NCBI GenBank assembly: GCA_001599295.1
Contig: BCGN01000009.1
Location: 850,413 to 914,412, forward strand
Direction: 5' to 3'
DNA: 64,000 nucleotides
DNA from: Sporopachydermia quercuum
Lineage: Eukaryota
The notes beneath the pieces are model-generated. The model searched no databases. It was given only the letters and a program-made list of their open reading frames with translations, and was not told where the DNA came from. This document shows, in pieces, positions 39,974 through 53,028 of this stretch (positions are counted from its first letter, which is position 1; the number at the start of each line of letters is the position of its first letter). A program made the translations under genes and the position numbers.

Positions 39974-40536
39974 GAGATATGATTTATGGGTTACGTGATA
40001 TTTTAACTNTCAATATACACTGGAAGATTTCACGCTAACTTACCATATCGACTATATTATTTCCGCTTTAATTATTCATTACGGAAGTGTTATAATATTA
40101 AACATCATGTGATAGCCTATTATTGTTCCGGGTTGATGGTTTCTGTTTCTCATTTTATCTTAGAAATTGAATTTAGGGTATGGTGAAACAGGACAATGGG
40201 TTTATATTTCACACTCATACAAGGAAGTTTAGGTTCCAGCTTGCCTAAAAAATAGGTTTAATGATTGATCAATAGAAGATTCTTTTTATATCGGTAAATA
40301 GTTGAAAGTATAAATCAATAAGNAGCGATTGTGACTTGAGACATCATTACAATTGAGCTGGTAAATTGCAAAAAAATAACTGTACCTTCTATATTCTGGT
40401 TGCCAAGTCGTTTTTTCACAGTTTATTATACCAGGAGACGATCAATTGATAGCCCCTTTACTACTGAAGTCGTCAAAGAATCGAAAAACTCATCAACTTT
40501 ATTCAAGCCAATTTTTTTTGTCACTTTTGTCACCTA

Positions 40537-42207
40537 ATGAGAATCGGAAGTGTCTTTTCGGTAGTAACTGTGTTGCTTGCCAGGATAATATCGGCTTACG
40601 ATNCTAATTTGGATTTAACACATGCTGATTCATCTTTGTCCTTCCCTGAACTTGAAATTGCAATTCCTAATCAAATCAGTCAGAGTGAATTGGAAGAATT
40701 TCGACTTGATCGTTTTGTCAATCAAGGAGATTCTTTGTTTATACCTGGCAGGTTTGTTGTAGTTCCTCCAAGGCCGCATTTAGTTGGTGCTCTTTGGCCA
40801 TATGCTCCCAATCCATACGATGAATGGACTATTGATTACGAAGTATGGTTTGTAGGTAGACACTCCACAACTGGAGGCCTTGCTTTATGGTTTATTGATA
40901 AAGTTCCCCCATATCCTAAAGATGGTGCCGCTCATGGAGGACCTGAAAAATTCACAGGCACTGCTATTATTATTGACGGTAACTCAGATTTACCAGTGAA
41001 AGGACATGACAAATATGTAAAACTATATACTAACAATGGTACTCGTGACGTCTCCACATTCAAACTCAGTAATGCTGAAGATTCTTGTTTATTGTCTCAT
41101 GAAGCAATGAGTGATAAAGCTGTTAATATTCAAGTCAGTTATAAATTCACAGGCGAAGAAGAAGGCAATTGGTTCAAAGTTCGAATCAACGGCAATGACT
41201 GCCTATCATCTAGGGAGGTTGTTATTCCTCGTAATTACTTTTTTGGTGTCACTGGTGAAAGTGGTGAATATGTTGGTTCCGAAAACGCTGGTGGTTTGGT
41301 TAATTTAGCTACTGGATTTGAAATTTCTGATTTGAAATTGTTCAATCAGCTAACCAGTGATGCAGGTTCAGGCCTTGTGGAAGATCTACCAGAGAAAGAT
41401 GCTGGAAAACAAATTGAAAGATCCCGTAAGGAAATTTCAGGAGAAATCGAGAAATTGCAAGAAGACCTGAATGTTTTAGAACAACTGGAAGATGAAGATC
41501 CAACAGTTGATGAGTACGCTGATGATATGGCTGAAGTTAAAGAGGACTTAAAAGAGCTATACAAGAAACTTCAAGAATTGGAGAAAGAAAGCCCTGAATA
41601 TATTGATACTGTAAAGAAAACTGGGGAAAACTTAGATAAATTACTATCATCAACTGGCAAGCTTGAAAATAATGATTTACGGCTAAAATTGGGGTCAATT
41701 ACTTCAGAGTTGCAAGAGGTTCGTAGAGCCATGAATGAGTATGTTTCAACAAATCAAAAGCAAGGCAAATCAGATCCTCAAGTTGATGACATCATGAAGC
41801 ATTTGTCGGATACTAGAGGAACTCTTGAAGATCTCTCTGCTCTGAAAAGTACTCTAGGTGAAATTACCTCTCGTCAATCAAAGACCGAAGACCAATTATC
41901 ATCAATCTCTCATTCTCTTTCACTATTACATAAATCACTTGAGTCGTTATCTGAAGATATCAAAAAGGTGGAACGTGATATAAAGTCTCTTGCAGGAAAT
42001 AATGGGGAACTCAACTCAGTCTTGTCAGGTATTTCCAATCATGTAAAAGGTATCAATGAGTTGAAGAAAGATTTTGGTTCGTCGGTAGTTGCTACTTATG
42101 GTATCAAATCAATAGTTATTGGTTTAATTTTGGTCATCTTAGGTTCTGCATTTGTTACAAGTTTGATTATGAATAAGATGGTTCGGATGCACGAAAAGAT
42201 TTTGTAA
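40537..42207 (+). CDS. EMP47: L-type lectin cargo receptor (Emp46/Emp47, ERGIC-53-like)
   Basis: Signal peptide; legume-lectin motifs GGLALWF, HGGPEKFTG, YFFGVTG; long coiled coil; one TM helix; tail HEKIL. Confidence 0.7.
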   Translation: MRIGSVFSVVTVLLARIISAYDXNLDLTHADSSLSFPELEIAIPNQISQSELEEFRLDRFVNQGDSLFIPGRFVVVPPRPHLVGALWPYAPNPYDEWTIDYEVWFVGRHSTTGGLALWFIDKVPPYPKDGAAHGGPEKFTGTAIIIDGNSDLPVKGHDKYVKLYTNNGTRDVSTFKLSNAEDSCLLSHEAMSDKAVNIQVSYKFTGEEEGNWFKVRINGNDCLSSREVVIPRNYFFGVTGESGEYVGSENAGGLVNLATGFEISDLKLFNQLTSDAGSGLVEDLPEKDAGKQIERSRKEISGEIEKLQEDLNVLEQLEDEDPTVDEYADDMAEVKEDLKELYKKLQELEKESPEYIDTVKKTGENLDKLLSSTGKLENNDLRLKLGSITSELQEVRRAMNEYVSTNQKQGKSDPQVDDIMKHLSDTRGTLEDLSALKSTLGEITSRQSKTEDQLSSISHSLSLLHKSLESLSEDIKKVERDIKSLAGNNGELNSVLSGISNHVKGINELKKDFGSSVVATYGIKSIVIGLILVILGSAFVTSLIMNKMVRMHEKIL

Positions 42208-42258
42208 GATTAAAACTGCATATAGGATAATTTACACTCTGCGATCAGTATTGATCAT

Positions 42259-42304
42259 TAATAATAATAATAATAATAATAATATTTTTTTTTTTTTTTT
42301 TTTT
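42259..42304. repeat. (TAA)n microsatellite abutting a poly-T tract of about 20 nt
   Basis: About 8 TAA units followed by a T run, 3' of the lectin gene. Confidence 0.9.
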
Positions 42305-43981
42305 GATTCAATTAGATAGTAAATAATAAATGATATTTTGAGCTTGAGCTTATCTAGTTTGGTATTTGCTTTTCATTATATATTATTATTTTAGTATTTT
42401 TTCTTAGTACAGTGCTAAGAAGACTTATGAACACTGGTTGTTCAGTGCACTCTTGATCTCTTTAGATGCCTTACCGAAAGGAAGGAAGAGTTTTTGATAA
42501 GTTTGAGTTTAACTTATTAAAAGAAGAATCACCTAGAATCAAAAATTTGTTTCATTAAAGTAGCAGAGATTAGATACCGAAAAAGGTTCGTACCAAGAAG
42601 ATCAACCACTAAGTGATCCTTATTAAAGGCATAAACATTGTTTCCAGCTATTTGAGAAAACGATGATTCATTTTCATACTTATTGAGCAAATTGAAATAT
42701 GCTCAACATGAGTTAAGAGTTAGGAAGCTTACTGACATGTAAAGCCCTGCTGCAGTGAAATAAAGCATCAAGAATTTAGATCAAAGACAGACAATGGATG
42801 AAAATCAATTTGGTCAGGTCAAGTAAGAATAAAGTTTTGAANNTGAATTTAGAGTTATTTCAGCTTAACCGTTTTTGGGATTTAACTTACAGCTCAAAGT
42901 CTAATAGTAAGCTTAATCTTGCTATTGATCTGTCAACTCAATGGACGAGCTTAGTTACTATTTGATGAAACTTCGCGAGTCTATATGTCCTCGGTTCCTT
43001 TCACTCATTTCTAATACGATTAGATCTTCAACTTATTAATGTACTCCACCCACTTTACTCAATTACATTTGTTTTGGTTGAAATTGCTAAACTAAGATAG
43101 TTCCAGTGATGCTTCAAAACCAGATGCTTCAACAACAGATGCTTTGCCGTGAATTTATTAAGAAAACCATACGTCCTGGGAGAGTACAAGAAGCTCTCAG
43201 ATTTCACAATCTTTCTGAGTTACTCAACGTGGATACCGATTGTCCATTTACATTTGCTAGTTTGATCACATTTTTGTAGCCATTGATAATTTTATATTAT
43301 ATGAGCTCTCTGGTCATTATCCCCAATTCGCTATCGTTAGGAATGATTGAAAACTTAACAAAAAAAAAAAAAAGTGAAGGAATTTTTTGATCATTGAAGA
43401 TTGCGTGCTCTTACTCATCATTCACTTGAAGCTATAAACGAAAAATTGAATTGGTGAAATAATTACAGCTCTAACACAAGCTACCAAAACATGTTTGATT
43501 ACGATATCTTTTTATTGAAGTGACAAAACTTGATTCGTGATAGAACATCAAATGGAATATACGGTTAACAACGGTCAGTGGACCAGAACTATGGGAACCC
43601 TGATTTATCATCATTTTCAGTCCATAGTTCTCTTATGTCCCACTTTTCATTTGAAAAAATGACATCAAATAAATATCTACAGAATCTGGAGTATAACTTC
43701 ATTTTACTGTTTCATACTATTGAACTCCCTTGATTTCCTCAGGGATTGTCTCCTTTGGGAAAGCATAAAGCATTAAATAATCAAAGAAGAAACTGGGTTC
43801 GAATAGTGATCCGTTATGAAACTGAAGATGAAACAGTGACGCTGAAATGGGAAGTAAGACTCATTATGACTCCTTGGATATCAACTTGAGCAAGCTAAGG
43901 TTTGCCTGCTCTAAGAATTGAGGCTAAAAGTTCAGAAAGCCTAATGGTAGTTCGATCATTTTCTTACTGGGTAATAGTGAA

Positions 43982-44211
43982 NNNNNNNNNNNNNNNNNNN
44001 NNNNNNNNNNNNNNNNNNNNNNNNNNNNNNNNNNNNNNNNNNNNNNNNNNNNNNNNNNNNNNNNNNNNNNNNNNNNNNNNNNNNNNNNNNNNNNNNNNNN
44101 NNNNNNNNNNNNNNNNNNNNNNNNNNNNNNNNNNNNNNNNNNNNNNNNNNNNNNNNNNNNNNNNNNNNNNNNNNNNNNNNNNNNNNNNNNNNNNNNNNNN
44201 NNNNNNNNNNN
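43982..44211. other. Assembly gap (230 N)
   Basis: Continuous N run. Confidence 0.99.
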
Positions 44212-45550
44212 TTCCCCGGCTAGACTACTGCCTAAGATTATCAATAAACAAAACTTTTATATTCCTGATTGTATTATTACAGCAAGAATTAATATTGCCA
44301 CGTATTATTTCAGTGAGCCATTCTCATATTATCAGACAGCATAAACCAGTTCCTTTTGANTGCTGTCAAATCACTACCGAATTCTGGGGAGTTGCCTTAC
44401 CAACTCCTCTTACCAAGATTAGAATGAAAACTCTCTAATTCTTGAATCTANCTTAATAAATTTGTATGGATTGCTAAATTTTTTATTTGTGCAGAAGAAA
44501 ATGTTCATAATTTCTCAGTCTCATCTCAAATCTATAGGTTTGATCACATTATACACTTCAGTAACCGTTGTTTACCTAGAAGCAAGAGTTCCTTATATCA
44601 AACTTTGCAGGATCCTGAGTGAAAAAATTCCATTGCTTAAACTACTATTTCTGTAATATATTCTCACAAATATCAAAGTTTACCACATTGTGTACAATTG
44701 TTCATCATAAATCAAAGACTTCCATATTTTTAATTCTATTGTCTCCCAGCCTGCGTCTGAGAGTCTAAAAATATCTATTATATTTAGAACTTAATTAAGC
44801 TTTCAAGAATTATCTGAAGTCATAAGCTCAAGTTGGGTTTCCGCCAAAATGTATTGAATCTTCTAATTGTTTCACTTCTAGTTGTATTAGTACTTCTTCT
44901 TTATATTCCATTCCGTGCCTGCTTTAATCATAAGTCCAAAATGAAATATCTAGCAACAGATCTGTTTTTATCAATATCTGATGTAGCGGTGAAAACTCAA
45001 ACCTTTGGCTTCTACTAAGGTTGATTTTGCAATACCTCTAAAAATCAAAGGCATTATTTCTACGAATGAACTGATTTTCCAAGTAAACTTTAGCTATTGT
45101 TAACCTAAACACAATTAAGGTTAGATGTTATTTTCCTTTTCCTTTTCCTTTCGTTTGAAACTAGTTGGGTAATTTAGTTTGAACCTCCCGTTTTCCTTTT
45201 GATTGATTTATCTCTCCCATTCAGGATCCTCGTCGTTTTTATGTCTAACATAATTCTACATAGAAGAAATTACAGTAATTCATAAATTAGACTGAATATT
45301 TCACAGACAGTGAAGATCTGGGAATGGGTTATACTTTTGAATTGGAGGGTTTAACATATTGTGGTCTATGAGTGGATTGTGCAGCTATACACCAAAATTC
45401 TGTTTGAGTAGACTTAGGTTATCAGTATTTTTTTTTATGCTGACCTCAATTCATGGTCCTAACTCGAACAACATCAGTAGAAATATATTAGATAAAAANA
45501 NTACAACTGATACGAAATGGCCATAATAGTCTAAATGAAAACCACTATAA

Positions 45551-47242
45551 ATGAAAACCACTAGAAAATCAACAAGTACAGGATATAGTCACACAGGGTG
45601 CACACAGTGTAAAAGTCTACGGCGGAAATGTGACGAAAAACAACCATGTTGCACATTCTGTGTGAAGAAGGGATATACTTGTGAGTATGACTTTATACAG
45701 ATGTATGTGCCCAGAAAATCAAAGAAAACGGCCGGATCAAACTCTGGAATCTCATCAGGAAGTCCTGTAGCAAAATCAAAGACTAAAAGGAAAAGAGAGC
45801 CACCATCACCAGACTCATCAGATTCACCATTAAGATCAATGAGCAGCCGCAGTTCTAGTATAAGTATTAATAGAAGTAACGAAAACTTGGAACTGATAAG
45901 TCCAGCAAGTGAATCTTCTCCAGCAGTCTCAGCTCCATCATCCTCAAACAACTCNTCATATGAAACATTTACATATATACAATTTCCCTTAAAGTGGTAT
46001 CAATCATCAATATTGGACTGGTTCAATTATTGCCAACAGTTCGATCCACNAGTACGTCCAGAGGCAGAGACCAAATCGTTCATTTATTCCTTCTTTGTTC
46101 AAACTGGCTGTGTGACAAACTATGTATTAATCCGAGATGGAAGTAATCCTTTGTTCCGTGAGATGATGGGTTTAGACACAACTCAACCAATGATTAGAAC
46201 GGCTATTTACGCTGTAACAGCTAATGCACTATGCTTGCTTGTTGGAACAGAGAAGTGGCTGAAGATTAGAGAAAAGTATATGAATCTCTGCATGAAAATG
46301 CTTGCCAAGAGGGTAGGGAGGCCAGAATCTTTTGAAGAAGGTGCAGCTATTCTTTCAAGTGTAATGCTACTGTTTTCTGAAAGGACAGGAGCCCCTGGTG
46401 ATGTTTGGAGGTTACATTTAAAGGGTGCACTAGGGTTGATTGAGAAGTACTATCATGAACTGGAAACTTTCGATGAAGATTCTACTAATAANCTCAATTG
46501 TAAACGACTATTCATTATAATGTGCGTGTGGCATGCACATGCAGACAGTCTTGCGTGGTTGACGGCTCCCAAGGGTGGAATAATTCAATCAGTTGAAAAG
46601 GGTTATATGTTAGATGAAACGCAGTATATGCATATGGTAGAAGGATTGATTATTGACGGCTTCAATACTATAGCTTGCTATGGGGTTGAGCTGACACCTG
46701 TGATACGACGAACTGTCAAGTTTTTGATGAAGAGAAAGCAGCATCAACATTCCACTGGTCAAATATATAAATTGACTATAAGTGAGATGGAAGAGGTTAA
46801 TCATTTGGTATCAGTACTTGGAGTTTTGAAACAGAAGAAATTTGAGTTCGCAGGTATTGAGCCAGAACATCTTAAACAGTTTATGAGAGGTGCACATATT
46901 ATGTTTGTCAATGCAATTACAGCAGCACTACTAGTTCGAATCCAGGGTGTTAGTATAATGAGCCCAATAATTCAAGACATAGTTGATGAAGCTGCCAATA
47001 TCTCCATCAATCTGACCGAACCTATGCTTATTTCAATTCATCCTGCATTGTTTATTCTTGGGTATTACAGTCTCAATGAGGCGTCTCAAATGAAATTCAG
47101 TAATAGACTGAAACAAATACTGAATCGTAGTATCTATGTTGCAAGTCATTCGATGAAAAGGCTAGAAAATCAGTGGAGCAATTTTGAAAAGGGAATCTTT
47201 TATACAGAATTTGAAGATGATTACGATTATATTGCATTCTGA
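45551..47242 (+). CDS. Zn(II)2Cys6 transcription factor with fungal-specific TF domain
   Basis: GCTQCKSLRRKCDEKQPCCTFCVKKGYTC; later WRLHLKGA, typical of Fungal_trans_2-type domains. Confidence 0.88.
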   Translation: MKTTRKSTSTGYSHTGCTQCKSLRRKCDEKQPCCTFCVKKGYTCEYDFIQMYVPRKSKKTAGSNSGISSGSPVAKSKTKRKREPPSPDSSDSPLRSMSSRSSSISINRSNENLELISPASESSPAVSAPSSSNNXSYETFTYIQFPLKWYQSSILDWFNYCQQFDPXVRPEAETKSFIYSFFVQTGCVTNYVLIRDGSNPLFREMMGLDTTQPMIRTAIYAVTANALCLLVGTEKWLKIREKYMNLCMKMLAKRVGRPESFEEGAAILSSVMLLFSERTGAPGDVWRLHLKGALGLIEKYYHELETFDEDSTNXLNCKRLFIIMCVWHAHADSLAWLTAPKGGIIQSVEKGYMLDETQYMHMVEGLIIDGFNTIACYGVELTPVIRRTVKFLMKRKQHQHSTGQIYKLTISEMEEVNHLVSVLGVLKQKKFEFAGIEPEHLKQFMRGAHIMFVNAITAALLVRIQGVSIMSPIIQDIVDEAANISINLTEPMLISIHPALFILGYYSLNEASQMKFSNRLKQILNRSIYVASHSMKRLENQWSNFEKGIFYTEFEDDYDYIAF

Positions 47243-50200
47243 TGGATTATTTCTATCAACTTTTACTCTTCTTCCTATGCATGGTATGTAATTTGTACTT
47301 TAAAGTACTTGCTGATCTACAGATTATACTCTGATATCGTTACCCTGGTGGTGAGTGATCTTTGTTTTCAAGTAATCAAAAGAAATTCAGGTATAAGTGG
47401 TAAGTGTAATATTATATTCTCAATAAACTAATGAATAGTTAGCCAGATGGCTGAAAAATATATATTCTTGCAATCTCATACTATTTTGTAAACAAATACT
47501 ATAGTGATGATTCCATTTTAATCCATGGAGACATGTAATGCCATGGAGTGTTTTCCTTAGTACTAGACTGCACACATTATTATGCTTATGGCATTTCTAT
47601 TCAATACTTCATGAGCATATATTTACGAACATCCCAAGCTTCCAGTAGAAAAGGCCCAGAGTTAAAGAGAAAATTCAGCTTTCATACTGCTGTACTCACA
47701 AGAATTATTTANTATTTTATAATGATTTACTAGTTGATCCAGTCTCTTCCATACCACTTTCGGAATCCATTTAGTATCTGGAGTAGGTATCACTACTGAA
47801 TTATAAGCTATTTCATTTATGTGACTCACCATAGAAAAATAACACGTATATATCACNAATCGTAACATTCTGAAATATTCTAAAATAATCTATCAGTAAT
47901 ATAAAGATAAAATCAATCATCTACACATAATCGAGTACTCCCACAACGACTATCTTTTGAATTTAAAGATCTACTTGAGCCTTTGAATGAGTTTCAGCGT
48001 TTAGGAATGAAATGTATAGTACCCACATGCATCCTCCGTCCTTTCAAATGCAAAAGGTTCTTTCTTGATTTTCCTTCATTTGTCAAGTCGCCAACACGAA
48101 TAATTGATTGATTACGAGTACTTTTATGATTGACANTATAATATAATACTGGGAAATATAACTATCTATAAACTCTATTAGTATTAGTTCGGCGATCTAT
48201 TTCTGGTAATACTGAAATGAATTATAGAAAAGAAGGAGATATGCTTCCGAGCTATTCNATCCCCTTCTCAGGTTGCTCACTCTGGTTTAAACCCTAGTTT
48301 CAGATCAACATCACATAGCATATTATATATATTGACATAAATTGTAAAAGAAACAAACGATTTGTATTAATTTCAATAACAAGACACAGTTGATAGAGCG
48401 CCTCAATTTTTATTTATAAAAGGTCTAAGATCTCTTGCTACCTTTATATGATAAATGGGCATTGTTGAAATCACGTAAAAGACAATGAAATTACAAACAG
48501 GGATACTTGCAGGTTGAAAATATATTTGATGAAATGGATGATGATGGCAATTCTCGGACGTGAGGCTGATACTTTTGTGCTTTCCTTGACCTTATTCAAC
48601 ATAATGGTTCCAAGAAGTTATTGGCAATGTGTTCTACAAAGGAGTTCGAAAATGCATTTCCTCTACTGTTTTTTTTATGATTATTTATTTGTAAGAAAGA
48701 ATGCACAAAAATAATTCTCGAAATTTGAAAACAAGTAGGTATTGGGTTGTTTCGACATACTGATACTGAATTGATTTCGTATTATACGATAAATCGTATA
48801 GAAGGAATCTCGTAATAAGACGGTTCCAAGAAAATAGTATTCTAGCACGGTTGATAATTTATTGAGCTTGTAAAATGATTCATTCTGCCACTTTATTCAT
48901 CAAATGCTTTCTATATGCGCAGTGTCAGGCACTTCCAATGAATCTCTGCAATAGAAAGCAAGCCATAGGTAATTGCACTACTGCACTCACAAGAGTAAGT
49001 GACAAGCATTCAAATGCTTTTTTCCACCNACTAGCTTATTCTACACTTTTTTGACTACACACTACAATCATTAAACTTACCAAAGTTCTAGATTCTTTTT
49101 AATCTTGTCTTACTTTGAAATTGTGTTCAATGGAATGAGAGTGCCATCATCAAAAATATTATGATTTGATCCCTTGCAAAATGCAATCGAGCAGGCACTG
49201 CTTATCGTATCACTTACCACACTGTCTGGTAACTAAAATCGTCACTTTCATCTCGTGGAACACTAATGGTTCTTTTTCATAGATCGAAGCATTTATTGAT
49301 TAAATTAGAAAATTATCATTNTATGAATATATTTTGGATACTGTAAGTACTAACTCAACTTGCATTCAACCTTCATTAAATCATGTAGCAACAGAAAATC
49401 TTTGATTTTTCACGGAAAAACCCGGAATTTGAGACCCGAAAACAGACTAAGCTTAATTGATGAGATTCTTTAAGTTTGGTCCTGCTTTTAAGGTTCTGAA
49501 CTAATATTAATACAGATATAGATGTATCTAGCAGCTGCTGACACATACTCTATGACATGTGAACAAAGAATGTATAAACAAACAATAAACCATTCAATTC
49601 TTACTTTCAAGTTCTCTCACACAATTTCATAAATCATGATAACTCAAGGTAGAACTAGCAGGTTGTCTTGCTAATTTCATTTACTATGCATTTGATATCT
49701 TCTCATGACCTACATACACTACTATTATACTCTTCTTCAAAATAATGCGGCTGAAAAGAGAGGAAAGACGCCATTAGCTTAACTCAGTTTAAGGTTAATC
49801 CCTTTGATTCTTTCACTCCCATTCTGTCAAACTCGATCACGTTTAAACTTTACTTCTTGTCATTATAAAGGCTGCACATTTCATTGTTCTAGCCATTGAA
49901 AATCTAACAAGTCTCCCAAGATTAATCATTGTCATTTGAAAGAGTGAATTTGCTAATATTTATTGTGTTCCATTTATTATTCATACATAGAACGCTTACC
50001 AAACAAGATATAGCAGTATCTTTACTGAGCTTACAAAATCAGATTCATTATCGGTCCGCTTGAGGTGCCGCCACTACCTTTCACATTATTTATGCCAAGG
50101 TATCTGTGTTCTATCAAATCTCAACTCTAGTTCCATAAATTGGGCATCAAGAGCAATTAACTTTAGAGATAGGGTAAAAAATAGACTATGGTTCTTGACT

Positions 50201-50878
50201 CAATGAATTACTTGATCCAATCAATAGATAAAGCATTCTTTTTAGGAAGAAGAAAATAAACCCTCTTTAACCCATCACCACCAAATTTACAATTGTTTGA
50301 AAAAAAAACCTCAATGTTGTTGTTCTTACCCCAGAGTTTCTTGGTTTTGGTAGTTAACATAATTATCTTCGTTCATTATGGTGAATAATTTTCTGGAGAA
50401 AAAACATCATTTTAAGTTTGACTATAAGAGCAAAACTTCACTTTAATAAAGTTAACGTTCAAAATAATTTCACATCAAGCAAACTCTATTCCAACTTAAA
50501 GTGACATGTTCTCTTCTTGAACCTCTTCGCTGGTTTTGGGCTTTGTAATAAATTTATATATACAAGATGATGATCACTTTCAGGAGGTGATGCTTTGGTG
50601 GTGAGAGCCGACGAAGAGCGTGTGAGGAGATGTTGGTTTATGATTGTTAATAAAATGCTAAGTGAAGGACCTGGTTTGCCATGAGTTTAAAATAGATGAG
50701 TACAATAATATACTTGTAGTAACTCTTTTATTTGGTACTTACATTTCATCTGAGGGTGCAACTTAGTTAACAACAGCAACAACAGCAACAACCGTAACAA
50801 CAAGAACCTGACTGTTCAAAGGATCATAACGCCAACATTGCAATATAGAATACAACAACAACATATAGTTGACAGGAT

Positions 50879-52678
50879 ATGGTTGATTTCAGTATACCTG
50901 AACATGATAGGAGGGCTCGCTCACAGTCAAGATGTTACTCGCCTGTGGTTTCTTCACCACTGTCTTCGTATTCCAATTCAGTTCCCCCATTACTACGCAC
51001 TAGATCGTACTCAACATGTCCATCAACGTCATCAGCTATGACAGCAGTTGCTTTCGAGAACTTTGAACCGCGAGTTACTTTTGATACCACCAACACCAGC
51101 TATTTTGACATCGACGAAGATTCGTATTTCCCGAGTTTCCCACCAATAGATACTCCTGATACTTCAATTGACCATCTTCATTGCAATTCAGATAATCTGT
51201 CACCGGTTAGCCTGCGCCCTATATTGAAGAAGACTTCTAGTTATGATTCGGCTTCTGGTGATATAACTTTCAGTTATGACGAAGATTTGTCTGACGAGTC
51301 TTCAGATTCAGACGAAAAAGAAGAAGAAGACGAGAATATTGATGGCCAAAATAAAACACAAGATGACACAACTAATAAGCCAGAGCCTCCTAAGCCGATG
51401 TACAAATCATTATTTGGGGACGATGAGGTGAAGCCAACCACTCGAAGACATTCCGATTTTTCCTTGCTTTCTATGGATCATTTCAACATTGGAAGTCTAC
51501 CAAAGCCTTCATATGAACCTTCAATAGACATCAAATCCAAAGCCAGATATAAAGAGCAATCAAAGAAACTATCAGCAAAAGTAGTTAATTCAAAATTAGG
51601 AATTGACACATTTGCAACAGGTGAAATGGATATAAACTATCAAAACTTGGAAAACTATTTTGCATGTACCAAGAGTTTTCGTCATAAAGACTATCCGCCA
51701 GACGTTACACCAAGGAAAACTATTCTTTGTATTATATCTGGAAGGAGACATACTTGGGATGCTTTGGATTGGGTTTGTAGGGAACTACTGGAACCATACG
51801 ACTCATTGGTAATATTATCTATTATTGAACCATCAAATACACAGCTTCAACTAGCCCCGACCATAAATAACATAATTTCATATATCATTGCAAGAACTGC
51901 TGAGGTAATTTCACTAACAGTTGAGATTGCTGTTGAACAAAAGTCTGAGAAAGCTGTGGCTCAGGCATATTCAATGTACTTACCATCATTAGCTGTTGTC
52001 GGAATCAAAAGGCTGGAACCTTTACCAACTCCTGCTAACGACGGAACTAAGACTCAAAGGAGAACTTCAGGTAAATCAATTAGCAGACCGCTTGCCAATG
52101 CGATCGTTGCTAAAATTCCAATACCAGTAATATTTGTCTCATCACTCTATCTAAGTTACTTCAAGCTTCCTAATTTTCAGTTCGGCTCGTCTTTGCAATC
52201 AAAAGCCAACACAGATGAAGAGGATTTGGATCCTCTAGAGCCACCAAAAGTTTCATCTATTGAGAAATCCGAGGAATCCTCAAAGAAACCAACCAGATCA
52301 GTCAATTCCAATGATTTCAGCAGAAAACTCAAATCAATTAGTTCTATTTCACTGAAATCATCTTTGAATGGAACATCTAAGGATCCAGAACCTAGAAGGA
52401 TTCCTAGACAGTCAGTCACCAGTAATTCAGATAACATGCCCGTTCAAAGGATCAAATCCCTACTTAGTGACGGATCCGTTAGCTCAGACAAGCCTTCTTC
52501 ACCTACAGAGTATAGAGTGAGGTCTTTGTTGGACGATTTTTCATTTGAGAAACCTGTCGTAAGGTCAAAGAGTATTGCTGTTATTCACGAGGTTCCTGAA
52601 AAAGAATCCAAACCAAAAGCGAAAAAAGGTTTTTTGAGACGATTCAGTTCAGTTGCCAAATCGGGATCGAAGAAGTGA
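50879..52678 (+). CDS. Hypothetical protein with central universal-stress-protein-like domain
   Basis: 599-aa ORF; KTILCIISG...ALDWVCRELLEPYDSLVIL, Y.PSLAVVG and IPIPVIFV resemble the fungal USP fold; disordered flanks. Confidence 0.65.
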   Translation: MVDFSIPEHDRRARSQSRCYSPVVSSPLSSYSNSVPPLLRTRSYSTCPSTSSAMTAVAFENFEPRVTFDTTNTSYFDIDEDSYFPSFPPIDTPDTSIDHLHCNSDNLSPVSLRPILKKTSSYDSASGDITFSYDEDLSDESSDSDEKEEEDENIDGQNKTQDDTTNKPEPPKPMYKSLFGDDEVKPTTRRHSDFSLLSMDHFNIGSLPKPSYEPSIDIKSKARYKEQSKKLSAKVVNSKLGIDTFATGEMDINYQNLENYFACTKSFRHKDYPPDVTPRKTILCIISGRRHTWDALDWVCRELLEPYDSLVILSIIEPSNTQLQLAPTINNIISYIIARTAEVISLTVEIAVEQKSEKAVAQAYSMYLPSLAVVGIKRLEPLPTPANDGTKTQRRTSGKSISRPLANAIVAKIPIPVIFVSSLYLSYFKLPNFQFGSSLQSKANTDEEDLDPLEPPKVSSIEKSEESSKKPTRSVNSNDFSRKLKSISSISLKSSLNGTSKDPEPRRIPRQSVTSNSDNMPVQRIKSLLSDGSVSSDKPSSPTEYRVRSLLDDFSFEKPVVRSKSIAVIHEVPEKESKPKAKKGFLRRFSSVAKSGSKK

Positions 52679-53028
52679 TTATATCCTATAGTATAACCCC
52701 AGTGAAGCTTATGAAACAAGGTAAACACATGAGGGTATAGAGTTATACCACGTTTCATCTTTTCTTTATGATTTACTTATTTATTTATTATTATATTATG
52801 ATTTTCTTTCTTGGTGCTTGCTCGAGGTTGTACATATGCAATGGAACAAGTCTTTCCGGTATCAAGACGACTGTTCGGCTTAATGAATTTATGAATGAAA
52901 AATTTAATTGAATAATACTACAACATGAATGATTGCAAATGAAATTAATAGAATTAAACGATATTAGAATTATTATGCGAGCCGAGTATTAAACAGTAAG
53001 AGACTTTGTGATTTATACGATTAAGCGA

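Noticed and set aside
43902..44438. ORFs spanning the N run
   Set aside because: Artefacts of the assembly gap
50486..50749. Possible spliced 63-aa minus-strand ORF (ATGAAAT|GTAAGT...CAG)
   Set aside because: No CTAAC branch point near the acceptor and no recognisable protein
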